From NCBI GenBank assembly GCA_963755025.1, contig CAVWIH010000014.1, positions 224,001-288,000 of the forward strand: 64,000 nucleotides of DNA, read 5' to 3'. Source of the stretch: an uncultured Actinomycetes bacterium. GTDB lineage: Bacteria; Actinomycetota; Thermoleophilia; UBA2241. Made by a program: the position numbers and the translations under genes. A model generated the notes under the pieces. It saw only the letters and a list, made by a program, of their open reading frames with translations. It did not search any database and had not been told where the DNA came from. Positions 55,580 through 64,000 of the stretch are shown one piece after another (position 1 is the first letter of the stretch; each line of letters opens with the position of its first letter).

Positions 55580-58500
55580 TCAGAGCGCCGCAGCGACCCC
55601 GGCGCCCTGCGAGAAGCAGACGCAGCGGTCGCGTCCGCCGCGCTTGGCGCTGTACATGGCGCGCTCGGCGCGGTCGAGGAGCGCCTCTTTGGTGCGGCCG
55701 TCGTGCGGCAAGGTGACCACGCCGACGCTCACCGTGAGCGCCTGCCCGTCGGGCCTCAGCCGCGCCCCGGCGATCGTCGTCCGCAGGCGCTCCGCCACCT
55801 CGAGGGCGCCCTCGCGGCCGGTGCCGGCCAGCACGATGGCGAACTCGTCGCCACCGTAGCGCGCAGCCAGGTCGGTCTGGCGGATGGCGTGGCTCGCGAT
55901 GTCGGCCACCCGCTTGAGCACCTCGTCGCCCTCGGCGTGACCGAAGCGGTCGTTCAGCTCCTTGAACTGGTCGATGTCGAAGAACAGCAACGACAACTCC
56001 ACGTTGTCGCCCAGGGCGGCCCACACGCGGTCGGTGAGCTCCTGCTGCAGGTGGCGGTGATTGTAGAGGCCGGTGAGGGCGTCGGTCATGGCGTCGATCT
56101 CGGCGCGCGTGAAGCGCTCCGCCGCGGAGCGTGTGAGCTCGGCGAAGGCAGCGGCGGCGTCGCTGCGCAGGCCGGAGAACGGCATCGCTTCGGCCGGCGC
56201 CATCCTGGCGCCGACGAGGCCGACGATCGCGCCGTCCACACCGCGGATGGCGGCCACGCCGGAGACCCACATGCCGTCTCCGTCGACCAGGATCACGTTG
56301 GAGTGCGGCGTGCGGTCGGCCAGGACGTCGAGCTCTTCGTCTTCAGCGAAGACGACCTTGCCGGTGAGCAGGGCGGCCTCGGAGTCGGGACCGGAATCGA
56401 CGACGACCAGGCAGCGCTGCTCGTCGACGGGCGCCTCGGTCACCAGGGTCTTCACCTGCGGGTGCGCCGCCAGCACGTCGCGTAGCGCATCGCGGACGCG
56501 CGCATACGCGGCGGTCCGGGCATGGTCGGCGCCGGCCGCCTGGAGCAGCAGCGCGTGGTCGCAAGGGTCGATCCGCGCGGCCGCCGCGGAGGCGGCGGCG
56601 CGCGTCACCACAGCGGCCGCCTGGAGCCTGCCCAGGACGCGGGCGAAGGCGGCCGTCATGTCGGCGTCGAACTGCTTGCCTTGGCACCGCGCCAGCTCGG
56701 CGAGACACTCGTCGTAGCTGAGGGCGGGCCGGTACGTGCGCTTGGAAGACATGGCGTCGTAACTGTCGACCACGCAGAGCAGGCGGGCTGTCTTGGGAAT
56801 GGCCGTGCCGGCGAGCCCGTCGGGGTAGCCGCTGCCGTCGTAGCGCTCGTGGTGATGGCGGATGCCGGCGACCAGCTCGCCCTCCAGGAGCGGCGCGACG
56901 ATCTCGGCGCTGACCACCGGGTGCTGCCGCATGAGCGCCCACTCCTCGGCGGTCAGGATGCCCGGCTTGAGCAGGATGCGGTCTGACACGGCGATCTTGC
57001 CGATGTCGTGCAGGTAGGCGATCTCTTCGATCTCCTGGATGGCGGCGCGCGACCAGCCGAGCTCCATCGCCAGCAGGACAGCGTAGGCGGCCACCCGGGC
57101 GGAGTGACCGATGGTGTAGTGGTCTTTGGCGCTGAGCGCCGAGCTCAGGGCCTTGAGGTTGCCCAGGTGCAGCCGCCTGATGCTGTCGAACAACCCCGCG
57201 TTCTTGACGGCCAGCGAGAGATGCGCGCTCAAACCTTCGAGAAGGCGCAGATCGCGCACCGAGAACGAGCCGTCCCTCGTCCTGCTCAGCACCAGCGCCC
57301 CGATCAGCTCGCGGTCGTCGAGCAGGCCGACTACGACCGCCGAGCGCAGGCCCTCGACGACCGGGTGCCCGGCGGCCAGCGGCAGATCGTCGGGCAGGCT
57401 GAGGGCCACGACCCGGTCGCGCCGCAAGGCCGCCAGGAACCGCCGGTCGATGCCGGCGATGGGGGTGTGGTGCAGCCGACTGGGGTTCTCGGTCGTGAAG
57501 GCGGCGTGCAGGGCGCCGTCGCTTTCCGCCAGGAGCAGGCCGGCGCGGTCGAACTCGATGAGGCCGGCGACGCTGTCTGTCACGGCGGCGGCGATCTCGG
57601 GCACGTTCAAGCTGGCTGAGGCGGCGCGGGCGATGTCGTTGAGCAGTTCGGTCTCGAGGGTCCGCAGCCGAAGGCTGTCGAACTGGCGCGCGTTGTGCAG
57701 GGCGATGGCTGCCTGCTCGCTCAGGCCGCGCAGGAGCGCGAGCTCGCCCGACGTGAACGCACGCTCGCGCTCGGTCTCGATCAGCACGAGGACGCCCAGC
57801 GGCTCGTCGCCGAAGTAGAGCGGGACGTTGACGCAGGTCTTCTCGCCCCACCGCTCCATGGAGTCGCGCACCTCGCGCGAGAGCTCGGCGTCGCCGAGCG
57901 TCTCCACGGTGATCAGGCGACCCTCGAGCAGCGCCCGGTCAGAGGGCGAGTCGGCGAGCGAGCACGACTTGCCCAGGTCCTGGTAGCCGGTCGGTCGTCT
58001 CTGATAGAGCGCCTTGGAGGTGAGCGCGTCGGCGCCCGCGTCGTAGTCGTAGATGATGCACTCGGCCGCGCCCAGGGCCCCGGCGACGCCGCTTGCGATG
58101 GTGGGCAGCAGCTCGTCGGGAGCGCCCACGGCGGTGATCGCGCGACCGACCTCGAGCAGCGCCGTCAGGCGGTGCGCGTGCTCCTCTTGCCGGCGGTACA
58201 GGCGGGCGTTGTGGATGGCGACGGCGGCCTGCTTGCCGAGCGCCTCGAGGGCCCCCACCTCGGCCGCGCTGAAGCGCCGCTCGGCGACCGTCTCGATCAC
58301 GACGAGCAGCCCCATGGGCTCGTCGCCAAAGCGCAGCGGCACGGTGAGGCAGGTCTTCTCGCCGCAGGCCTCCATCGACGCGTGGCTGGCCGGGTGGATG
58401 TGTGGGTCGGAGATGTGCTCGAGCACCGAGCGGCCGTCGAACAGCAGGGCGGCCTCGGCCGGCCTCTCGCGGAGCGGCACCGGCTCGCTCGTCGCATACT

Positions 58501-60019
58501 CGGGGTGCTCACAGACGATGGCGCGCGCTATGAGCGCCTCGAGCACCGGGTCGTACTCCCAGATCACGCACTCCGGTGAGCCCAGCATCTGCCCTGCGGA
58601 GTGCGCCACCTGATCGAGCACCTCCTCGAGCACGACCGACGCCGAGACGGCCTGCGTGGCTTCGAGCAGGCCGGCGAGGCTCCGGGAGCGCTCGCTCAGG
58701 TCGCGATTCGTGCGGTCGAGACGTTCGAGCAGCCGCGCCTTGTCGCACGAGCCGCCGACGAGCTGGCCCACGCGGCGGAGAAAGTCGAGCGACTCGGCGA
58801 AGTCGCGCGGCCGGTCGTCGAAGAGCTCGACCAGGCCGACCACCTCGTCGCCGGAGAGCAGCGGCACGCAGACCTCGCTCTGGAAGCCGCACCTCTCGTA
58901 GACGACGAGGTCGGCGGCGGTGAGCAGGGGGTCGCCGGGGCCGGCCACGACGACGATCTCCTTGGAGCGCACCGCCCGGGCGTTCGGGCCGTAGCGTTCG
59001 ACATCGAGGGCCTCGCCGACCGGGTCGTCTGCCGACGCCTCGCGGTCCCGGCTCACCAGACAGGTCAGCCGCCGGCCGCCGTCGAGCGTGAAGATGTCGC
59101 AATCGGCCGCGCCGGTCACCGCGAGCAGCCGGTCGGCCACGCCGGCCAGGAAGGTGTCGAGGTCGAGTGTCTGCGAGGCAAGCTCGCCCATCTCGGCAAG
59201 CTCGCGCATCTCGGCGGCGTGCCGATCGACCTGGTCGAGCAGCAACGCGGTCTCGAGGGCGCCGGCCACCATCTGCGCGACGTTCGTCGTCATGTTGATG
59301 ATCTCGGCGTAGTCGCGCGGCTTGTCGTCGTGTATGTCGATGGCGCCCACAACGTGGCCGCGGTTGGCTAAGGGGATCCAGAGCTCGCTCGCCAGGCCCT
59401 GCCGGATGAGCTGGCCGCGCTCGTAGTCGGTCAGCCGCGGATCGTCGGGGCTGGCGATCACGAGCACCTCGCGGCGCGCGAGCGCGTCGGCGCAGAGCGG
59501 GTAGTCGGCCAGCGACACCGGCGTATCGAGACTGAGCTCGTCGTACCCGGCGGCGTCGAACGAAGCGGCGTAGAGCAGGCGCGGGCCGTCGCCCACGAAG
59601 ATGGCGCATTCGCGCACGCCGAGCAGGCTCTTCAGGCGCTCGGCGACGGTCTGCGCGAACCGGGTGACGTCTTGCCGGCAGGTGATCGTGCCCGCCAGGC
59701 CAAGCAGCTCCGTGAGGACCTGGGTGCGCCGCTCGGTGTCGAGCCGGCGGCGCGCGCGTCCGCCGGGTCGCCGGCCGTCGCCGTCGGCGACGTCGGCCGC
59801 CTCGGGCCGGCGGCGGTCGCGGCGGGCCGACCCGTTCAGCAGAAGGTCGATGTCGGCGCTACGAAAGCGCCGCTGCCCCCCTGCCGTGCGGTAGCAGGCG
59901 AGGCGGCCGGTGTCGCACCAGCGGCGCACGGTGCTCGCGCTCACGCCGAGCAGCTCGGCCGTCACGGCCAGACGCAACCAGTGCTCGCGCGTGCCCGTGG
60001 CCGTGAGAGGTTCTTCCAT
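55580..60019 (-). CDS. MerR/excisionase-type HTH + about 5 GAF + HD-GYP + Cache-like + GGDEF protein
   Basis: AELLGVSASTVRRWCDTG..RTAGGQRRF; repeated GAF units; HDIGK; HHERYDGSGYP; DGDGMWVSGVAAIR; RQTD..RYGGDEF. Confidence 0.9.
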   Translation of the reverse strand: MEEPLTATGTREHWLRLAVTAELLGVSASTVRRWCDTGRLACYRTAGGQRRFRSADIDLLLNGSARRDRRRPEAADVADGDGRRPGGRARRRLDTERRTQVLTELLGLAGTITCRQDVTRFAQTVAERLKSLLGVRECAIFVGDGPRLLYAASFDAAGYDELSLDTPVSLADYPLCADALARREVLVIASPDDPRLTDYERGQLIRQGLASELWIPLANRGHVVGAIDIHDDKPRDYAEIINMTTNVAQMVAGALETALLLDQVDRHAAEMRELAEMGELASQTLDLDTFLAGVADRLLAVTGAADCDIFTLDGGRRLTCLVSRDREASADDPVGEALDVERYGPNARAVRSKEIVVVAGPGDPLLTAADLVVYERCGFQSEVCVPLLSGDEVVGLVELFDDRPRDFAESLDFLRRVGQLVGGSCDKARLLERLDRTNRDLSERSRSLAGLLEATQAVSASVVLEEVLDQVAHSAGQMLGSPECVIWEYDPVLEALIARAIVCEHPEYATSEPVPLRERPAEAALLFDGRSVLEHISDPHIHPASHASMEACGEKTCLTVPLRFGDEPMGLLVVIETVAERRFSAAEVGALEALGKQAAVAIHNARLYRRQEEHAHRLTALLEVGRAITAVGAPDELLPTIASGVAGALGAAECIIYDYDAGADALTSKALYQRRPTGYQDLGKSCSLADSPSDRALLEGRLITVETLGDAELSREVRDSMERWGEKTCVNVPLYFGDEPLGVLVLIETERERAFTSGELALLRGLSEQAAIALHNARQFDSLRLRTLETELLNDIARAASASLNVPEIAAAVTDSVAGLIEFDRAGLLLAESDGALHAAFTTENPSRLHHTPIAGIDRRFLAALRRDRVVALSLPDDLPLAAGHPVVEGLRSAVVVGLLDDRELIGALVLSRTRDGSFSVRDLRLLEGLSAHLSLAVKNAGLFDSIRRLHLGNLKALSSALSAKDHYTIGHSARVAAYAVLLAMELGWSRAAIQEIEEIAYLHDIGKIAVSDRILLKPGILTAEEWALMRQHPVVSAEIVAPLLEGELVAGIRHHHERYDGSGYPDGLAGTAIPKTARLLCVVDSYDAMSSKRTYRPALSYDECLAELARCQGKQFDADMTAAFARVLGRLQAAAVVTRAAASAAAARIDPCDHALLLQAAGADHARTAAYARVRDALRDVLAAHPQVKTLVTEAPVDEQRCLVVVDSGPDSEAALLTGKVVFAEDEELDVLADRTPHSNVILVDGDGMWVSGVAAIRGVDGAIVGLVGARMAPAEAMPFSGLRSDAAAAFAELTRSAAERFTRAEIDAMTDALTGLYNHRHLQQELTDRVWAALGDNVELSLLFFDIDQFKELNDRFGHAEGDEVLKRVADIASHAIRQTDLAARYGGDEFAIVLAGTGREGALEVAERLRTTIAGARLRPDGQALTVSVGVVTLPHDGRTKEALLDRAERAMYSAKRGGRDRCVCFSQGAGVAAAL

Positions 60020-60159
60020 CGTACTGGGGAGCATCGGAGCAGGAGGCCGCGAACTTAAGCAACTCCACCATTCCGAACTCGCGGGGCGTCTTAGGGCGCT
60101 GCGCCGACGGCCGGATGCCTTACGGCCTGGGCCAGGGTGAGTACCGGAGGGCTGCCACG

Positions 60160-60399
60160 ACGTAGAGACGGCGAACAGGACCAGCGCGCCCAGAAAGGTG
60201 CGCAGGGCGGCGAACGTGAACGGCTGCGAGTAGCGCAGCCCGACCTTCATGACCACCCAGTTGTAGCCCCAGACCAGCGCCAGGACGCGTCGAGGGCGCG
60301 CTACCGCGCCGGCTGGGCCGGAGCGCCAAAACGGTTACCGCCGGCGGTGGCGGCGGTAGATGGAGCAACCGGTCCCGGCGCCGGCGAGCGGGACGGCAT
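60160..60399 (-). pseudogene. EamA/DMT transporter 5' remnant
   Basis: VLALVWGYNWVVMKVGLRYSQPFTFAALRTFLG, then homology ends; the likely ATG at 60399 is out of frame. Confidence 0.65.
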
Positions 60400-60536
60400 C
60401 CGCTGCCCGCCGGGCGCATGGGCGAAAGGACGCGCGTGCACCCGTCGCACCCGGCAGCGAGAACGAGCGGCACGAAGATCGCCCCAACCTGGCCGCCCGC
60501 TTGAGACCCTTGGACTGCTGAACCGATGGAGGAGAC

Positions 60537-61148
60537 ATGAGCAACGTGGTGGTGTCGCAGTTCGTCACTCTCGACGGCGTCTTTCAGGACCCCGGCGGCA
60601 GCGGCGAGTTCGACCGCGGCGGCTGGTCGTTCAAGTTCGACCGCGGTCCCGAAGGCGACCGCTTCAAGTTGGACGAGCTCACGGCGGCCGGCGCCCTGCT
60701 GCTCGGCCGGGTGACCTACGAGGGGTTCGCCGCGGCCTGGCCTTCGATGAAGGACGCCGCCGGTTTCGCCGACAAGATGAACGCCATGCCCAAGTACGTG
60801 GTGTCGACGTCGCTGGCGCGGGCCGACTGGAACAACACGACCGTGATCCGCGGCAGGGTCGCCGACGAGGTCGAGGCCCTCAAGAAGAAGATCGCGGGCG
60901 ATATCCTGGTCTACGGCAGCGGGCGGCTCGTGCAGACGCTCATGCGCCACGACCTGGTCGACGAGTACCGCCTCATGGTCTACCCCATCGTGCTCGGCGG
61001 CGGCAAGCGCCTGTTCGGCGACTTGGACAGGTCACAGCGGTTGCGCCTGACCGGCTCACGCCAGGCCGGCGAATCGCTGATCCTCACCTACCGGGCCGAT
61101 CGCGCCGCGGTGCAGAGCACGAGCGACGAAGCGCGTCAGGCGGCCTAA
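60537..61148 (+). CDS. Dihydrofolate-reductase-like (RibD C-terminal) protein
   Basis: VTLDGV, LLGRVTY, GSGRLV, VDEYRL, LGGGKRLF. Confidence 0.9.
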   Translation: MSNVVVSQFVTLDGVFQDPGGSGEFDRGGWSFKFDRGPEGDRFKLDELTAAGALLLGRVTYEGFAAAWPSMKDAAGFADKMNAMPKYVVSTSLARADWNNTTVIRGRVADEVEALKKKIAGDILVYGSGRLVQTLMRHDLVDEYRLMVYPIVLGGGKRLFGDLDRSQRLRLTGSRQAGESLILTYRADRAAVQSTSDEARQAA

Positions 61149-61215
61149 CGACGGGGCTGCGCCGTCTCGGCCGTGCGCCGTCTCGGCCGGCCTGCTACCA
61201 AGGAGTGACGACCCG

Positions 61216-61587
61216 ATGGACATGAAACTCGAGCTCGTGCCGGTGCCGGTCTCAGACGTCGACCGCGCCAAGGCCTTCTACCTGCAGATCGGCTTCGGCG
61301 ACCTGCACGACGTGCAGGTGAGCGACGCCATGCGAGTCGTGCAGTTCACCCCGCCCGGCTCGGCCTGCGCCATCGTCTTCGGCACCGGCATGGGCGAGCT
61401 CACCGCCATGAAGCCGGGCTCGGTCAAAGGCCTGCACCTGGTCGTCGCCGACATCGAGCAGGCGCGCGCCGAGCTCGTGGGGCGGGGCGCCGAGGTGGGC
61501 GAGGTCACCGACATGGGCGGCGTCAAGTACGCGGGCTTCAACGACCCCGACGGCAATCTCTGGCTGCTGCAGCAGTGGCCGCACTGA
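61216..61587 (+). CDS. VOC/glyoxalase family protein
   Basis: VPVSDVDRAKAFY, QFTPPGSAC, FNDPDGNLW. Confidence 0.9.
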   Translation: MDMKLELVPVPVSDVDRAKAFYLQIGFGDLHDVQVSDAMRVVQFTPPGSACAIVFGTGMGELTAMKPGSVKGLHLVVADIEQARAELVGRGAEVGEVTDMGGVKYAGFNDPDGNLWLLQQWPH

Positions 61588-61687
61588 GCGGCGCCGCGCA
61601 GCGGGCGCCGGGCGAGCGGCGCGGGCACCGGCCGGGCGTCGCCGCATGGCGGCGCCCCAGCTGAGCGTCGCCGCGTAGCCGCGCCGC

Positions 61688-63964
61688 CTAAGCGGCGCGT
61701 TCCCTGTCGGCCTGCGGGTCGCGCGCGGCGGCGGCCGCGAGGCCCTGGCGCCCGCTCCCCTCGCCCGGCAGCGGCAGGGGGGCGCTCTCTATGGTCAGGT
61801 GCGGCAGCCAGGCGAGCCAGTGCGGCAGGTACCAGTTCCTCGTGCCGAAGAGCTCCATGGCCGAGGGCACGAGCAGCATGCGCACCACCGTGGCGTCGAG
61901 CAGGATGGCGACGCCCAGGCCAAAGCCCATCTGCTCGAACATCACGAGCTTGCCGCTGGCAAAGCCGGCGAACACGGCGATCATGATGAGCGCGGCGCCG
62001 GTGATGATGCCGGCGGTCATGCCAATGCCCTGGCTGACCGCGTGCTTGTTGTCGCCGCTGCGGTCGTACTCCTCTTTGATGCGCGACAGCAGGAAGACCT
62101 GGTAGTCCATGGACAAACCGAACAGCACCGAGAACAGGAACAGCGGCACCCACTGCTCGATCACCGGCACCTTCTGAAAGCCGGTGATGCCGCTCGCGAC
62201 GCCGTGCTGGAAGGCGAGTGTCATGAGGCCGTAGGCCGCCCCCACGCTCAAGAGGTTCATGGCGATCGCCGTGGCCGGCACGACCACCGAGCGGAAGGCC
62301 AGCATGAGCAGCACGAAGCTGAGCGCCAGCACGATGCCTATGACGAACGGAAAGTACGAGTTGACGATATCGATGTAGTCGACGTTGAAGGCGGTGTCCC
62401 CGGTCACGTAGACCTTGGCGGGACTGCCGCTGAAGGCCCGGGGCACGTAGGTGTCACGCAGCTCGCGCACCTTGCCGAGGGCCAGGCTGCTGGTTGATGC
62501 GCCGCCGATCGGCACGGTGAGCAGGGTCAGGTCGCCGGCCTTGTCGGTCTGCGCCTGCACCGGCCCGAACGCCTGGTCGGCGGCCAGCGTCGCGCGCAGC
62601 CGCGAGATGGCGGCCTGCACCTGCGGCGAGGCCGCCGGCCCGTCGACGACGATCTGCGTGGGGCTCGTCAGGCCGGCCGAGAACTGACTGCTGAGCAGCT
62701 CGAAGGCCCGCTTCGACTGAAAGCTGTTGGGCAGCGTGTTGACGCCAGAGACGCCCGTCTTCATGCCGATCAGGGGCGCGGCGAACGCCAGCATCACGGC
62801 GACCCCGACGCAGAGCGAGAGCACCGGCCGCCGCATGGCGCCCCGCGCCGCGCGCGCCATCAGCGAGGGCTTGCCGGCGGCGCGCGCATCCATGAGGCGC
62901 CGCCCCAGCCATGGCAGTTTGAGGCTGTTGACGCGCGCGCCGAGCAGGCTGAGCACCGCCGGCAGCAGCGTGAGGGCGGCACACACGGCGACCGCGACCA
63001 CGAGGATGGCGCCGGCGCCGAGGCTCACGAAGATGTTGTTGGGCACGAGCAGCAGGGCGCACAGGGCGAGCACCACCGTCATGCCGCTGAAGAACACGGC
63101 GCGTGCGGCCGTGCCGCCGGCGACCGCCACCGCGTCGATCTTGGAGCGCCCGTGGGACAGCTCTTCGCGAAACCGCGAGACGATGAACAGCGAGTAGTCG
63201 ATGCCCACCGCCAGGCCGATCAGGGTGATCATGTTCACGGCGAACGTCGACACGCTGAACAGGTGTGCGAGGATCGCGGTGAGCGCCACCGCGAGGGTGA
63301 TGGAGATGAGCGCCAGCACGACGGGCAGCGCGGCGGCCACGACCGTGCCGAAGACGATCAGCAAGATGATGAGCGCGATGGGCAAGCCGATGCCCTCGCC
63401 CTTGCGCAGGTCGGCGGTCGCCTGGTGGCTGAAGTCGGAGTTGATGGTGGCGGTCCCCGTGATCAGCGCCTGAAAGCCGCCCCTGCCGTTGGCGGCGTCG
63501 ACCACGGCGCGCACCTTGTCGATGTTCTTGCCGGCCTGCACGACGTCGCCGGCCATGACGATGGGGATGATGGCGTAGTGGCCGTTCGCCGAGATCATGG
63601 CGGCGGGACTGCCGCCGCGGAAGGGGCTCACCACGCTGTCGACGACCCTTGACCCCAGGGCCGCGATCCCGCCCTGCAGGCCGAGCACCTCCGCGCGAAA
63701 GGCTGGGCTCGTCGCCACCCGGCTCGGCGAGCTCACCACCACGACCTCGTGCGCCTTCTGCGGCATGCCCATGCGCTGCGAGAGCAGGTCGGCGCCGACC
63801 TTCGACTGCGGACTGCCGAGAAAGCTCGCCTGGGTGGTCAGCGCACCCGACAGCAGGGCGCTGATGAGCGCGAAGGCGCCGAACAGGAGCACGACCCAGA
63901 CGCCGATGGTGCGCCATGGGTGGAGCGCGCCGGCGCGCGCGACGGTCTGCGGAGAGATCTTCAT
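61688..63964 (-). CDS. MMPL/RND family transporter
   Basis: [41 protein letters not shown]. Confidence 0.92.
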   Translation of the reverse strand: MKISPQTVARAGALHPWRTIGVWVVLLFGAFALISALLSGALTTQASFLGSPQSKVGADLLSQRMGMPQKAHEVVVVSSPSRVATSPAFRAEVLGLQGGIAALGSRVVDSVVSPFRGGSPAAMISANGHYAIIPIVMAGDVVQAGKNIDKVRAVVDAANGRGGFQALITGTATINSDFSHQATADLRKGEGIGLPIALIILLIVFGTVVAAALPVVLALISITLAVALTAILAHLFSVSTFAVNMITLIGLAVGIDYSLFIVSRFREELSHGRSKIDAVAVAGGTAARAVFFSGMTVVLALCALLLVPNNIFVSLGAGAILVVAVAVCAALTLLPAVLSLLGARVNSLKLPWLGRRLMDARAAGKPSLMARAARGAMRRPVLSLCVGVAVMLAFAAPLIGMKTGVSGVNTLPNSFQSKRAFELLSSQFSAGLTSPTQIVVDGPAASPQVQAAISRLRATLAADQAFGPVQAQTDKAGDLTLLTVPIGGASTSSLALGKVRELRDTYVPRAFSGSPAKVYVTGDTAFNVDYIDIVNSYFPFVIGIVLALSFVLLMLAFRSVVVPATAIAMNLLSVGAAYGLMTLAFQHGVASGITGFQKVPVIEQWVPLFLFSVLFGLSMDYQVFLLSRIKEEYDRSGDNKHAVSQGIGMTAGIITGAALIMIAVFAGFASGKLVMFEQMGFGLGVAILLDATVVRMLLVPSAMELFGTRNWYLPHWLAWLPHLTIESAPLPLPGEGSGRQGLAAAAARDPQADRERAA

Positions 63965-64000
63965 AGGTCCGGCTCCTCGGTGGCGGCCCACGGACACCGA

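Noticed and set aside
453-63917. Many long Arg/Ala/Gly/Pro-rich ORFs in the track (e.g. 453-2762, 4651-6927, 19680-21728, 24892-27267)
   Set aside because: Shadow frames of real genes in high-GC DNA; no family motifs

Overview
A 64-kb, very GC-rich bacterial window. Gene content suggests an anaerobe-adapted Actinomycetota lineage such as Thermoleophilia (inference only). It holds about 60 protein genes; I found no rRNA, tRNA, CRISPR array or transposase. The core is a sulfur/redox island at about 26-42.4 kb: YeiH exporter, ferredoxin, sulfide:quinone oxidoreductase with a BigR/SqrR-like regulator, OsmC, an operon tusA-mvhD-like-hdrA(L)-hdrA-wHTH-hdrC-hdrB-like-dsrE-dsrE, rhodanese and an orphan dihydrolipoamide-dehydrogenase-like flavoprotein. 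Two small FmdB-type zinc-ribbon genes bracket the Sqr-Hdr part of this island. Each follows the identical CsoR/CstR-type operator ATACCCTAGGGGGTAT. Each ends C-x8-G-[TGA]-G, followed 19-20 nt later by the loop of a shared GCGC-GGTC-GCGC hairpin, so both are probably unannotated selenoproteins with SECIS elements. Other notable items: a SulP-STAS-DUF47 fusion, two paralogous HTH-GAF-HD-GYP-Cache-like-GGDEF proteins, a PilV/W/X-like minor-pilin cassette with a structured leader, a Fur-family protein without its DNA-binding domain, and several operators readable directly from the DNA. About eight genes carry small frameshifts, which points to indel errors in the assembly. All family calls are from motif recognition by eye; no database search was run.
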